Origin: Paracoccaceae bacterium
GTDB lineage: Bacteria > Pseudomonadota > Alphaproteobacteria > Rhodobacterales > Rhodobacteraceae
Assembly (NCBI GenBank): GCA_002709405.1
Contig: PAQV01000011.1
Span: forward strand, 1,936-65,935
Direction of reading: 5' to 3'
DNA: 64,000 bases
Positions 9,637 to 19,341 of the stretch are shown here, piece by piece. Numbering within the stretch: the stretch's first letter is position 1; each line of letters begins with the position of its first letter. The notes below the pieces were generated by a model. The model worked only from the letters and a program-made list of their open reading frames with translations. It had not been told where the DNA came from and ran no database searches. A program made the position numbers and the translations under genes.

Positions 9637-10995
9637 TCAGCCCTGCAGCGTGTTCTTGTAGGTCACGCCCCCCTTCATGATCATCGCGAAGTTCGCGTCC
9701 GAATCCGCGACGAGGTTGATGGCTTCCAGCGGGTTGCCATTCACCAGCAGCAGGTCGGCATGGCCGCCCTCGGCCACCACGCTGATGGTGGCCTTGGCAT
9801 AGGGGTCGAGCGGCCCGCAGGCCTGGCACAGCTCGCCCGCCAGCGAGGTGGCCTGCGCCAGCGCCTCGTGGTTGGGGAACCAGCGTCCGAGCTTGGCCAG
9901 CTGCTTGCCCTGTTTCTTAGCCAGCTCGGGGTCGAACAGGGTATCTGTCCCCCAGACCATCTTCACGCCGAGCTCGCGCGCCGTCGTGTAGACGCTTTCC
10001 GTGCCCTCGGTCACCTGAAGGAACTTGCGCTGGTTCTCGGACCCCTCGGGGAAGGGAATGGCATCCTCGTCGTTGAGGATCGCCTGCATCGACAGCCAGG
10101 CCCCCTTGTCCTTCACCATCTGCAACCCGTCGCCGCTCAGCAAATGGCCATGCTCGACGCAGAGCACACCGGCCTCGACCGCCTGCAGGGCCGCCGCCTC
10201 GCCGATGGCATGGACCGTCACGTAGGTGTTTCAGTTCGCGGCGACATCGACGATCGCCTTCATTTCCTCGAAGGTGAACTGCACGACGTCGAGCGGATCG
10301 TTGTTCGAGCTGACGCCACCGCCCGCCATGGCCTTGATCTGCGTCGACCCCATGCGAAGGATTTCCCGCGACCGCTGCATCACCTCGGGCACGCCGTCGG
10401 CCAGCAGGGACATCCCGATGCGCGCGAAAAAGTCGAACTTCTCGCCGGGCCCCGCCGGGACCGCGACAGGCGGGCGGAAGTCTCCGTGGCCGCCGGTCTG
10501 ACCGACATAGGGGCCGCTGGGATAGATGCGCGGCCCGATGATGCGCCCCTCCCGCGTGGCGCGAACCAGCGGGAAGACATTGCCGCCGACATCGCGCACG
10601 GTGGTGAAGCCACGCATGAGCGCATCGCGATTGGTCTCGGCAGCCACCAGCGTGATGTAGGACGGATCGGAATTCAGGACGGTTTCGATCGTGCTCGTCG
10701 CCATCAGGGCATGCCAGTGCATGTCGATCAGGCCCGGCATCAGCGTGCGCCCGTCCGCATCAATCACCTGCGCCCCGTCGGTGGACAGGTTTGCGCCGAT
10801 GCGGGTGACAAGGCCATCCTCGATCAGCACGTCCATCCCGGCCATCAGCTCGGCCGAGGATCCGTCGAAGATGTTGCTGCCCCGGATCAGGATGGGCGTG
10901 GCCCCCTGCGCATAGGCGCCTGCGGGCAGCAGAAGCGACGAAAGGGCGCCGGCCGCCGTTCCCGCCAGGAAGCTGCGTCGGTTGATGTAGGCCAT
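9637..10995 (-). pseudogene. Exported amidohydrolase (paralog A) with an in-frame TGA
   Basis: ORFs 10231-10995 and 9637-10221 share a frame (774 = 3x258). The TGA at 10231-10233 (..IVDVAAN*NTYVTVHAIG..) aligns with Y/F in the intact paralogs (ADTYNTYV, EGFGTYV). Tat leader NRRSFLAG. PGLIDMHWH motif. Confidence 0.85.
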
Positions 10996-11097
10996 GGGCC
11001 AAGTCTACTCGTTAACTGACGTAGGTCTGTCCCGCGAAGCCCCATTGCAGTCCGAGCAAACACGGGAGTGAGGGATTGCGGGACCTATCGCCCGCAC

Positions 11098-12426
11098 TCA
11101 GTCGAGCGTGTTCTTGTAGATTTTGCCGTCCTTCATGATCAGGTCGAAGTTCGCCTCCGGGTCGGCCACGATGTCGATGTCCTCCAGCGGATTGCCATCG
11201 ACCAGGATCAGATCGGCATAGGCGCCCGGCGCGATCACACCCAGGGGGCCTTGCTGGTAGGGGTGGCGCGGGCCGGCGAGGTCGAGGAGCTTCGCGTTGT
11301 TCGATGTCACCAGAACCATGATCTCGGCCGGGGTGAACCACATCTTCATCTTGGCGACAAAGGCGGCCTGCTGGCGCGACAGGACCGGGTCGAAAAGCAT
11401 GTCCGTCCCGAAGGCAAGGTTCACGCCCATGTCCTTGGCCATCCGGATCGTGCGGACCGTGCCGTCGGTGACCTGCAGGAATTTGGCGGTGCTGACCGGG
11501 TCCGAGAACTGGATCGCGTCCTCGTCATTGAGGATCGGCTGCACCGAGAGCCAGGCGTCCTTCTCCTTGATCATGCGAAGGGTCTCTTCGCTCAGGAGGT
11601 TGCCATGCTCGATCGACTTCACCCCGGCCTCAAGCGCGATCTGCGCCGCCGCATCGGTGAAGATATGCGCCAGGACATAGGTGTTGTAGGTGTCCGCCAC
11701 CTCGACGAAGGCTTCCAGTTCGGCCCTCGTGTACTGACGCACGTCCAGCGGATCATAAAGCGACGAGACGCCGCCGCCGGCCGAGATCTTGATCTGGCTG
11801 GCCCCCATGCGCATTACCTCGCGGGTGCGCAGGATGACCTCGGGCACGCCATCGGCCTGCAGCATGACGGCGTTGGCGTACCAGTACCACAGCGAGTCTC
11901 CCGGGTTCGACGGCACCGCCTGGTAGGGGCGATAATCGGTGTGGCCCCCGGCCTGCGTGATCGGCGGCCCGGAGGGCAGGATGCGCGGGCCCACCAGGTC
12001 GCCCTTGTCGATCATCTTCTTGATCGAGAAGGTGTTGCCCCCGGCATCGCGTATGGTCGTGAAGCCGCGCAAAAGCGTTTCCTCGGCCCCGAGCGCGCCG
12101 CGGATCGCAAGTTCAGAGATATCACCCGTGATCACCGTGGTCTGCGCGGCGCAGCAATAGGTGGTGTGCCAGTGCACGTCGATCATGCCGGGGATCAGCG
12201 TCCGCCCGCCGCCGTCGATCACGGTTGCGCCCTCTGACTCGATCGGATCGGTCGAGACGGCCGAGATCAGGTTGTCCTCGATCAGGACATTGGCATTCTC
12301 GATCCGGGTTTCGTTCACCCCGTCGAAGACATGCACGTTGGTGATCAGGGTCTGCGCCGACGCGCCGCCGCAGGCAAAAGCCACGGAAAGCGCCGTGGCG
12401 ACTATGCGTTTCTTGATTGTGTCCAT
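11098..12426 (-). CDS. Exported amidohydrolase-superfamily metallohydrolase (paralog B)
   Basis: Start at MDTIKKRIV (GGAG upstream) with a signal peptide. PGMIDVHWH motif. Roughly half the residues are identical to the 9637-10995 gene along the full length, by eye. Confidence 0.85.
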   Translation of the reverse strand: MDTIKKRIVATALSVAFACGGASAQTLITNVHVFDGVNETRIENANVLIEDNLISAVSTDPIESEGATVIDGGGRTLIPGMIDVHWHTTYCCAAQTTVITGDISELAIRGALGAEETLLRGFTTIRDAGGNTFSIKKMIDKGDLVGPRILPSGPPITQAGGHTDYRPYQAVPSNPGDSLWYWYANAVMLQADGVPEVILRTREVMRMGASQIKISAGGGVSSLYDPLDVRQYTRAELEAFVEVADTYNTYVLAHIFTDAAAQIALEAGVKSIEHGNLLSEETLRMIKEKDAWLSVQPILNDEDAIQFSDPVSTAKFLQVTDGTVRTIRMAKDMGVNLAFGTDMLFDPVLSRQQAAFVAKMKMWFTPAEIMVLVTSNNAKLLDLAGPRHPYQQGPLGVIAPGAYADLILVDGNPLEDIDIVADPEANFDLIMKDGKIYKNTLD

Positions 12427-12461
12427 GGGTCTGGTCTCCGGTTTACTCATCATGGTTTGGC

Positions 12462-13757
12462 TCACTCGAAATGCAGCGCGATCGCGCGGGCCATCGCCTC
12501 GTTCCATTCGCTGCCGTCGCCGTTGGTGAACCACACGGCCACCAGATCGCGCGAGGGCGAGATGTAAAGCCCCTGCCCCCCGACACCGCCTTTGAACAGG
12601 TCGCCATCCGGCAGGATCGCGTCCCACATGTAGGCGTTCGACAGCTGCCCCTCGGCATCCGCGAATTTGGGCGACATCACCTGGCCCACGTAGCCATCCG
12701 GGTAGGCCGCCGGATTGCCGGCGGTCTGGATCCGCTCAAGGACCTCGTCGCTGATCACGTCCGCCCCGGTGACCGTCCCAGCACTTGGCGTGAACATCGC
12801 GCCGAAGCGGGCGAAGTCTCGCAGGGTGACGCTGGTCATGCCGAAAGCCAGCGCGTAGCCGTTCGGGGACATGATGAAAGTGCCGTCGCGATCGGCGCCG
12901 ATGCGGCTCCAGATCCGGTCAGTGAAGATCTCGGCAAAGGGGCGATCCTCGATGGCCTCCGCAACGCGGGCCAGGAGCCAGGTGTTGATCGAATTGTATT
13001 CGAAGACCTCCCCACCCGGCTTGTTGCGCTCCATCGCGCGCAGCACGGCAAAGGTGTCGTCCTCGCCCTGGTTGGGGAAGATGCCCAGCGTCGCGGCCCA
13101 GCGATACCAGATCTGCTGGGGGTTGGTGCGGCTGTCGGGGTTCGGCTCGTCATGCTCGGTGCCGTTGAGGCCGGTCTGCATGTCGGCGACCTGGCGGACG
13201 GTGACACTATCCCAGACCGAACCTTTAAGCTCCTCGACATAGTCCGTGACCGGCTTCGACAGGTCGACCTTGCCCTCCTCCTCGAGCAGGGCGAGGATCG
13301 TCGAGCTGGACACCTTGCTGGCCGAGAAGGTGATGTGGGTGGTGTCCGGCGTCATGGTCTTGTAGCGCTCGTAGACGATCTTGCTGTCCTTCATGACCAG
13401 CATCGCATCCAGCGGCAGCGCCTCGAAATGCTCGGCCACGGTGCGGACGACGCCGTCCTTGCCGGTGAATTCGATCTCGCCGATCGTCTCGTCGATCCCG
13501 GTCTCCAGCACCGTCGGCATTCCCGACCGGACAAAGCGCGCGGTCGGGAAGATCTGCGAGACATGCTGCCAGATGTAATGGGTCTCGGGGCTGGCGAACT
13601 GGAACTTCACCGCGTTGGCCGGATCGCCGAAGAATTCCTGGATCTCCTTCACCCGCGCGAGCGGCGTCTCCGAGGTTGGCGTCTGTTCCTGCGCCAGGCC
13701 CCCCTGTGGCAGGGCCATAGCAGTGGCGATTGCAACTTTCAGTGTCGTGTAACGCAT
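12462..13757 (-). CDS. Exported serine hydrolase (beta-lactamase-like, SxxK)
   Basis: Start at MRYTTLKVAI with GGGAGGG upstream and a signal peptide. FSASKV (SxxK) motif. Collinear with 13864-15168 and the pseudogene at 6322-7684. Confidence 0.85.
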   Translation of the reverse strand: MRYTTLKVAIATAMALPQGGLAQEQTPTSETPLARVKEIQEFFGDPANAVKFQFASPETHYIWQHVSQIFPTARFVRSGMPTVLETGIDETIGEIEFTGKDGVVRTVAEHFEALPLDAMLVMKDSKIVYERYKTMTPDTTHITFSASKVSSSTILALLEEEGKVDLSKPVTDYVEELKGSVWDSVTVRQVADMQTGLNGTEHDEPNPDSRTNPQQIWYRWAATLGIFPNQGEDDTFAVLRAMERNKPGGEVFEYNSINTWLLARVAEAIEDRPFAEIFTDRIWSRIGADRDGTFIMSPNGYALAFGMTSVTLRDFARFGAMFTPSAGTVTGADVISDEVLERIQTAGNPAAYPDGYVGQVMSPKFADAEGQLSNAYMWDAILPDGDLFKGGVGGQGLYISPSRDLVAVWFTNGDGSEWNEAMARAIALHFE

Positions 13758-13863
13758 GGGCTTCCCTCCCGGTTCGGCTGCTTTCGGAGCGCCTGCACAA
13801 GATGCCGCGCGCTGCCGAATGCCCCCTCCTGAGTCGAGCGTAGCCCGGAAGGGGTGCCAAGTC

Positions 13864-15168
13864 TCACTCGTCGAACAGCCCTGACGTCGCGATCTTGCGG
13901 GCAAAGCGGTGGCCCGAATGATCGTCGTTGTTCACGTTGAAATAGACGATGACGAGATCCCGGGAGGGCGAAACATAGAGGCCCTGCGTCATCAGCCCGC
14001 CCTTCCACATGTCGCCGTCCGGCCATACGACGTCCCACTGACGGCTGTTGGCGATGAAGTCGTCCGAACCAAGGAAATCGACGAAAACGGCGCCGTCAAA
14101 GCCGGCCATGACAAACTCGTGTGACCGCACCTCGCTGCGAATGCGCGCGAGGATCTCGTCCGAGACGACCTGTTCGGTCGCGATCTTGTCCCAGCTGGGC
14201 GTGTAGAGCATGCCGAAGCGGGCGAAATCGCGCAGGTTGCTCGACACCAGCCCGTGTGCCGCCACGATGCCATCGGGCGTCAGGTGCAGTTGCAGCGCGC
14301 CCTCGGCGCCGACCTTGGACCAGACGCGGCGATCGAAGATCTGGTGCCAGCGATCTCCCTCCACGTCTTCGGCCAGGAACACCAGCATCTGCGTCAGGCC
14401 GGAGGCATAATGGAACGCCTGGCCGGGCTCTTCGCGCTTGGGCGTGCTTCTGAGCACCTCGCGGAGTGTCTCGACACCCCGTGTCTCGTTCGGAAATCCG
14501 AACTCGGATTCATAGACCCGCCGCGCGATGTTGTCCGGGTCGAACCGGGACTCTTTGGTGTCTTCGAGGTCCATGCCGGTGGCCATGTCCATCACGTCCT
14601 TCACCGTTACACCGTCCCAGGGGGTGCCCTGGAAATCGGTCATGTAGGTGGTGATCGGCGCATTCTCGTCGATCTTGCCCTCGCTGATCAGCTGGTCGAT
14701 CACAAGGCTGGCCGTGGGCTTTGCGGCGGACATCCACAGGTGGGAATCCTCGGGCCGCAGCCTCGGGTATTTCTCGTAGACGATCTCGCCCTTGTGGACG
14801 ACCATGTAGGCCTGCGCGAAATCGGATTGTTCAAGGAACGCGTCCAGGCTGAGCAGCCCTTCGAGACTGCTTTCGGATGTCAGCTCGACCTCGATCTGGC
14901 CTATCTCGGGCATGGGGTTGCTGGCCAGCGGCATCACGCCCGGGCGCGAGGGCAGGATCGCCGTCGGCAGGAACTCGGACGCACGCACGTTAAAATAGGC
15001 GGACGGGTCGCCGCCGCGGAACAGCTCGTTGTAATCCGCGTTCCGCGTCTCGATTTCCAGCTCCATCGGGAAGCCGTCGACGAAGGCGTCCAGTGGCGTG
15101 CGGTCCTGCGCGCCGGCCATTGAAGCCGCCAGAAGCGCCAGGGAGGTCGTCAATATCATGCGTCGCAT
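13864..15168 (-). CDS. Exported serine hydrolase (beta-lactamase-like, SxxK)
   Basis: Start at MRRMILTTSLALLAASMAGAQ (residue 48 of the track ORF). MSAAKP SxxK motif. Tandem paralog of the preceding gene. Confidence 0.85.
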   Translation of the reverse strand: MRRMILTTSLALLAASMAGAQDRTPLDAFVDGFPMELEIETRNADYNELFRGGDPSAYFNVRASEFLPTAILPSRPGVMPLASNPMPEIGQIEVELTSESSLEGLLSLDAFLEQSDFAQAYMVVHKGEIVYEKYPRLRPEDSHLWMSAAKPTASLVIDQLISEGKIDENAPITTYMTDFQGTPWDGVTVKDVMDMATGMDLEDTKESRFDPDNIARRVYESEFGFPNETRGVETLREVLRSTPKREEPGQAFHYASGLTQMLVFLAEDVEGDRWHQIFDRRVWSKVGAEGALQLHLTPDGIVAAHGLVSSNLRDFARFGMLYTPSWDKIATEQVVSDEILARIRSEVRSHEFVMAGFDGAVFVDFLGSDDFIANSRQWDVVWPDGDMWKGGLMTQGLYVSPSRDLVIVYFNVNNDDHSGHRFARKIATSGLFDE

Positions 15169-15271
15169 GGGTCTGGTTTCCTGAGTTATCCTATGTGGAC
15201 TTGCAGTTGGCGCCGGCCGCCATGATCGGAGCGAGCGCCGGGGAGTATGAACGTGCGGACCGGGCCCGCGA

Positions 15272-16027
15272 TTACCGGGCTTTCCAGTTCGGAGCCCGCT
15301 TTTCGGCAAACGCCAGGGCGCCTTCCTTGGAATCCTCGGTCCGCATCAGGAACTCGAAGCTTTCCTTTTCCAGCCGGACCGCCTGTTCCAGCGGCATGCC
15401 GAGGCCCTGCATGACCGTGGTCTTCATCTTCTGGACAGCCAGCGGGGCGCTTTTCACGATTTCGCCGGCGATCTGGCGGGCCTTGTCCAGCAGGTCCTCC
15501 TGCGACACCACGTGATTGACGAGGCCCAGCCGATAGGCATCCTCAGCGCCGATCCGGCCGCCGGTATAGAGCAGCTCGAGCGCCGCCCCCAACGGGATCA
15601 CGCGGGGCAATCGCTGGGTCCCATGGCCACCGGGGATCCAGCCCAGCCGGATTTCCCCCGATCCGAACTTGGCATCTTCCGTGCAGATCCGGATATCGGC
15701 ACCAAGCGCCTGCTCCAGCCCGCCGCCGTTGCAATGGCCCTGGATTGCCGCGATCACCGGCTTGGTCAGGGACAGCAGCCGCGGATAGAGGCGATCGACG
15801 AACCCTTCCGCGTCAGGCGTCTTGACCCAACCGATATCGGTGCCCGTGCAAAACGCCTTCCCTTCGCCGCTCAGGATGCCCACCCGCAGCTCGGGATCGT
15901 TTTCCAGCGCGTCCCAGGCATCCGCGATGGCGTTGTAGGTCTCACCATCACAGGCATTGTAGACCTCGGGGCGGTTGATCCGCACGTGCAGGATGCCCCC
16001 CGATTTCTCGACGATCACCTTGTCCAT
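15272..16027 (-). CDS. Enoyl-CoA hydratase/isomerase (crotonase) family protein
   Basis: 251 aa with the typical crotonase fold signature (GEGKAFCTGTDI..; CNGGGLEQALGADIRI). Confidence 0.9.
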   Translation of the reverse strand: MDKVIVEKSGGILHVRINRPEVYNACDGETYNAIADAWDALENDPELRVGILSGEGKAFCTGTDIGWVKTPDAEGFVDRLYPRLLSLTKPVIAAIQGHCNGGGLEQALGADIRICTEDAKFGSGEIRLGWIPGGHGTQRLPRVIPLGAALELLYTGGRIGAEDAYRLGLVNHVVSQEDLLDKARQIAGEIVKSAPLAVQKMKTTVMQGLGMPLEQAVRLEKESFEFLMRTEDSKEGALAFAEKRAPNWKAR

Positions 16028-16102
16028 GTCTCTTCCCTTCGCACTCGTTGTCGTGAGAGAGGACGCCGGTTCAACAGGCTGTCCGCGTCCCCCATCGCGG
16101 TC

Positions 16103-16879
16103 TTAGTATTTTGTGTAGTTCGGCTTCCGCTTCTCGGCGAAAGCCGCCATGCCTTCCCTCTGGTCGGCCGTGCCGAACAGGCCGTGGAACAGCCGCCGCT
16201 CCAGCTTCAGCCCCGGCGCCAGGAGCGTTTCCGCCTGCTGGTTGACCGATTCCTTGCCCGCCAGAACGGCCAGGCGGGGATTGCCCGCGATGACCGATCC
16301 GATCCGCAGCGCCTCCTCCAGATGCATGCCATCGGGGACGACCCTGGTGATGATCCCCATGCGTTCGGCCTCTTCGGCGCTGATCGTGTCGCCGGTGAGG
16401 ATAAAGTACATCGCCTTCGCCTTGCCGATTGCGCGGGTCAGGCGCGCCGGGCCGCCAGCGCCGGGGATCACGCCCAGCGTGACCTCGGGCAGGCCGAAGC
16501 GGGCCGTCGTGTCGGCCACGATCATGTCGCACATCAGGGAAATCTCGGTGCCGCCGCCGAAGGCGAAGCCGCGCACCGCGGCGATGACGGGTTTGCGCAG
16601 CTCGGCGACCTTGTCCATGTAGGCCCCCAGGTCGGTGCGATAGGCGCTCTCGAAATCCTGGCTCGCGATCCATTTCAGGTCGGCACCGGCACAGAACGCC
16701 TTGTCTCCACCGGCAAGGATCATGCATCCGATGCTGTCGTCCGCGTCGAAGGCAGCCAGCGCATCGGTGACCTCCATCGCCACCTGTTCGTTCAGCGCAT
16801 TCAGCGCCTCGGGTCGGTCGAACGTCACGATGCCGAGGTTGCCCCGGCGCTCGGTCTTCATGAATTCGTAATCGGCCAT
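16103..16879 (-). CDS. Enoyl-CoA hydratase (crotonase family)
   Basis: 258 aa. Motifs GGDKAFCAGADLK and GFAFGGGTEISLMCDMIVA are classic crotonase motifs. Confidence 0.9.
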   Translation of the reverse strand: MADYEFMKTERRGNLGIVTFDRPEALNALNEQVAMEVTDALAAFDADDSIGCMILAGGDKAFCAGADLKWIASQDFESAYRTDLGAYMDKVAELRKPVIAAVRGFAFGGGTEISLMCDMIVADTTARFGLPEVTLGVIPGAGGPARLTRAIGKAKAMYFILTGDTISAEEAERMGIITRVVPDGMHLEEALRIGSVIAGNPRLAVLAGKESVNQQAETLLAPGLKLERRLFHGLFGTADQREGMAAFAEKRKPNYTKY

Positions 16880-16880
16880 T

Positions 16881-17144
16881 TCAGTATTTCCCTTTCCGCC
16901 GGTGTCGCCAGCCCAACAGACCGCCCACCAGGCAGCCCAGAACGAAGGCCCCGGGCATTTTCAGCCAGATGGCGCCGACCAGGATCTTCCCACCCGGATT
17001 GAAGAGCGCGAACACGGCCGCCAGCGCCGCCGCGTAAAGAAGAAGGAACATGCTCGCCCCGGCGTCGCGATTGGACTTGGGGTTCACCAGCAGGAAGGCC
17101 CCCGCGCCTGCCGGCAATCCGACCAGGACCGAAGCAAAGGTCAT
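16881..17144 (-). CDS. Small hydrophobic membrane protein (87 aa), hypothetical
   Basis: MTFASVLVGLPAGAGAFLLVN.. has three hydrophobic stretches. Its stop lies 1 nt from the ATG of the downstream crotonase, suggesting translational coupling. No family recognised. Confidence 0.4.
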   Translation of the reverse strand: MTFASVLVGLPAGAGAFLLVNPKSNRDAGASMFLLLYAAALAAVFALFNPGGKILVGAIWLKMPGAFVLGCLVGGLLGWRHRRKGKY

Positions 17145-17224
17145 GTTCAGCACGGCATCTCTCCCCCGGGTCTGTCGGTCGCAAGCTGGCCGTTTCGGCA
17201 GAGCGCTGTTCCGGAGCCGGACAT

Positions 17225-18817
17225 TCAATCGGCCTCGATCTTCGGCAAGCGGTCGCGCAGCTTGGCCTTGGCGACCCGGTCGAGGGTCGAACGGGGCAGG
17301 TCCTCTTCGATGAAGACCGCGCGGGGCACCTTGAAATCGGCCAGTTTCGCGCGGCAATGGGCGAGGACCTGTTCGGTCAGTTCCTCTGCCGTCAGGGCCC
17401 GCCCGGCATCGGTTCTCGTGACGAAGGCAACGGGGACATCGCCCAGCATGTCATGCTTCTGCGCGACCACGGCGCATTCCAGGATCAGTCCGGTGTCAAG
17501 GATCGCCGTCTCGATTTCCAGCGCGGCCACGTTCTCTCCGCCCACGCGCAGCATGTCCTTGTCGCGGTTGACGAAGAACAGCCAGCCGTCCTTGTCGATG
17601 CGGACGATATCCCCGGTGTCCAGCGCGCCGCTTGCGTCGAAGGCGTCCTCGGTCTTCTCGGGTTGCTGATAGTATTCCTTGAACAGCGACACGCCGCGTT
17701 CGCCCCGGATATAGAGCAGCCCTTCCTCTCCCGGTCCCGCCTGGCTTCCGTCGGGCTTGCGCACTTCGACATCGTAATGCGGCAGCGGCCGTCCCATCGT
17801 GCCCGCAGGTCCCGGGTGGTCTGCATCGGTCATGATGGCGGCGGTGCCGGTTTCGGTCATCCCCCAAAGCGCCATGGTCCGGGTGCGGAACTCGGCTTCG
17901 GCCTCGGGCAGACGGGCGAGCCCGATCAGGGTATGCACCTTGTGCTCGGGCACGGGCCGGCCGCTCAGCGCCTTGAAGGCGAAGGGGATCATCGACACCC
18001 ATGTCACGCCATGGGCGGCGCAGGTGTCCCAGAACCGCGAGGCCGAGAAGCTGGGATGAACCACGACCGTGTTGCCGGCCCAGAGCGCGGAAAAGAACGT
18101 CACCTGCGCATTGGCATGAAACAGCGGCAGATACAGCAGCGTGACGTCCTCGCGCCGCAGCCGCACGTTCATGGCAATCGTCTTGCCGCCCCAGAGCGCG
18201 TTCGCATTGGTCCAGACGGTGGGCTTGGGCCGCGAGGTCGTGCCGGAGGTGAACTGGACGGCGAAGTTCCGCATATGGTCAGGGGCCAGATCCGGCAGAG
18301 GCCTCTCCGAGGCGACCTCGGCAATCGGTATCGCGCCAAGCGCGTCCGCGTCGTAGTCGGTGGCGGGATCGCCGGTGACGATCATCGGCGTGTCGGAGCC
18401 GCAAGCCTCGCGCACCAGCGGCGCAAGCGAGGGCTGGGTGATCGCGACGGCGGGCTGCATCAGCTCGGCGAAATAGGCCACGTTCTCGGCCACGGACCGG
18501 GTATTGGTCGTCACGGGCACCGCGCCAAGGTAGGCGCAACCGAACCACGCGCCCAGGAATTCGGGTGCGTTGTCGTGGTGCATCAGGACGAAATCGCCTT
18601 CCTTCACGCCCCGTTCATGCAGGTCCGCAGCAAAGCGTTTCGCCTCGCGCGCCATCTCGGCATAGGTCCAGTGCCGCGCGGGCTGATCGAAGGGTGCCCA
18701 GGTCACGAAGGTCTTGTCCGGCTGGCGCGCGACCCATTGGTCAAGCAGCCAGGTCACGCTCATGCCCCGGAAGGCATCGCCCTTCGAAGGCGTCGTATGG
18801 GGAATTGATACGGTCAA
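17225..18817 (-). CDS. AMP-dependent acyl-CoA synthetase/ligase
   Basis: 530 aa with the AMP-binding motif QFTSGTTSRPKPT and the C-terminal ..FKVPR.. lysine region. Confidence 0.9.
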   Translation of the reverse strand: MTVSIPHTTPSKGDAFRGMSVTWLLDQWVARQPDKTFVTWAPFDQPARHWTYAEMAREAKRFAADLHERGVKEGDFVLMHHDNAPEFLGAWFGCAYLGAVPVTTNTRSVAENVAYFAELMQPAVAITQPSLAPLVREACGSDTPMIVTGDPATDYDADALGAIPIAEVASERPLPDLAPDHMRNFAVQFTSGTTSRPKPTVWTNANALWGGKTIAMNVRLRREDVTLLYLPLFHANAQVTFFSALWAGNTVVVHPSFSASRFWDTCAAHGVTWVSMIPFAFKALSGRPVPEHKVHTLIGLARLPEAEAEFRTRTMALWGMTETGTAAIMTDADHPGPAGTMGRPLPHYDVEVRKPDGSQAGPGEEGLLYIRGERGVSLFKEYYQQPEKTEDAFDASGALDTGDIVRIDKDGWLFFVNRDKDMLRVGGENVAALEIETAILDTGLILECAVVAQKHDMLGDVPVAFVTRTDAGRALTAEELTEQVLAHCRAKLADFKVPRAVFIEEDLPRSTLDRVAKAKLRDRLPKIEAD

Positions 18818-18844
18818 TTCATCGTCCTCGGCGTCCTTCTCCGC

Positions 18845-19296
18845 TCAGGCGGTCTTCTTCCTGACGTAAAGAAGGTGCTCGACGAAACAGACCGTCTCGC
18901 CACGCTGGTTGGTCGTCGTCTCGGTCTGGGTCAGCACACCATGGGTCGGCTGCTTGGCATCCGTCTTGGCGGCAACCTTGACCTCGGTCTTGATCGTGTC
19001 GCCGATGTAGACCAGCCCGGGGTAGCGGATCTTGCCATAGCCATAGTTCATCACGTTGGCGTTATGCCCTGCGACTGGAAGATCAGCCCGGTGCTGATGA
19101 CGAAGGTCAGGTTGCCATGGGCAATCCGTTCCTTGATCGGCTGCGATGCGGCGAATTCCGCGTCCGTGTGGTGGGGCATGAAATCGCCGGAATGCATGGC
19201 ATGCATCACGATGTCGGTCTCGGTGATGGTGCGGCCGGCGGTCACGTAGGTGTCGCCGATCTCGAAATCCTCGAAGAAATTGCTCTCGTCAGCCAT
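18845..19296 (-). pseudogene. MaoC-like (R)-hydratase/dehydratase split by a 1-nt frameshift
   Basis: An 81-aa ORF (19051-19296) and a 69-aa ORF (18845-19054) together make one roughly 150-aa hot-dog protein (..HGNLTFVISTGLIFQSQG / HNANVMNYGYGKIRYPG..). The frames differ (242 nt offset). The junction GGCAT fits loss of one C from GGC CAT near 19066. Confidence 0.75.
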
Positions 19297-19341
19297 TGTC
19301 GGTCCTCGGTTTGTCTGGGGGAAAAGCGGTGATCGGATGGC

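Noticed and set aside
7592-10233. Programmed recoding (pyrrolysine at the two TAG codons, selenocysteine at the TGA)
   Set aside because: No pyl or sel genes are in view, and I see no SECIS-like hairpin after 10231. The TGA aligns with an aromatic residue, not a redox Cys. One TAG-bearing gene also has a frameshift. Ordinary nonsense mutations explain the data better. This is still listed as testable under the findings.
6524-13832. Several 400-575-aa plus-strand ORFs (6524-7738, 8334-9680, 9292-11019, 11068-12237, 12417-13832)
   Set aside because: All are antisense to minus-strand hydrolase genes that carry clear catalytic motifs and signal peptides. The plus-strand translations are low-complexity R/G/D/H/P sequences with no start context.
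15185-15200. DnaA-box-like sequence GTTATCCTATGTGGAC
   Set aside because: It contains TTATCC and TGTGGA halves, but not as a contiguous 9-mer DnaA box. It is a single occurrence inside a catabolic cluster, far from any origin-type gene context.
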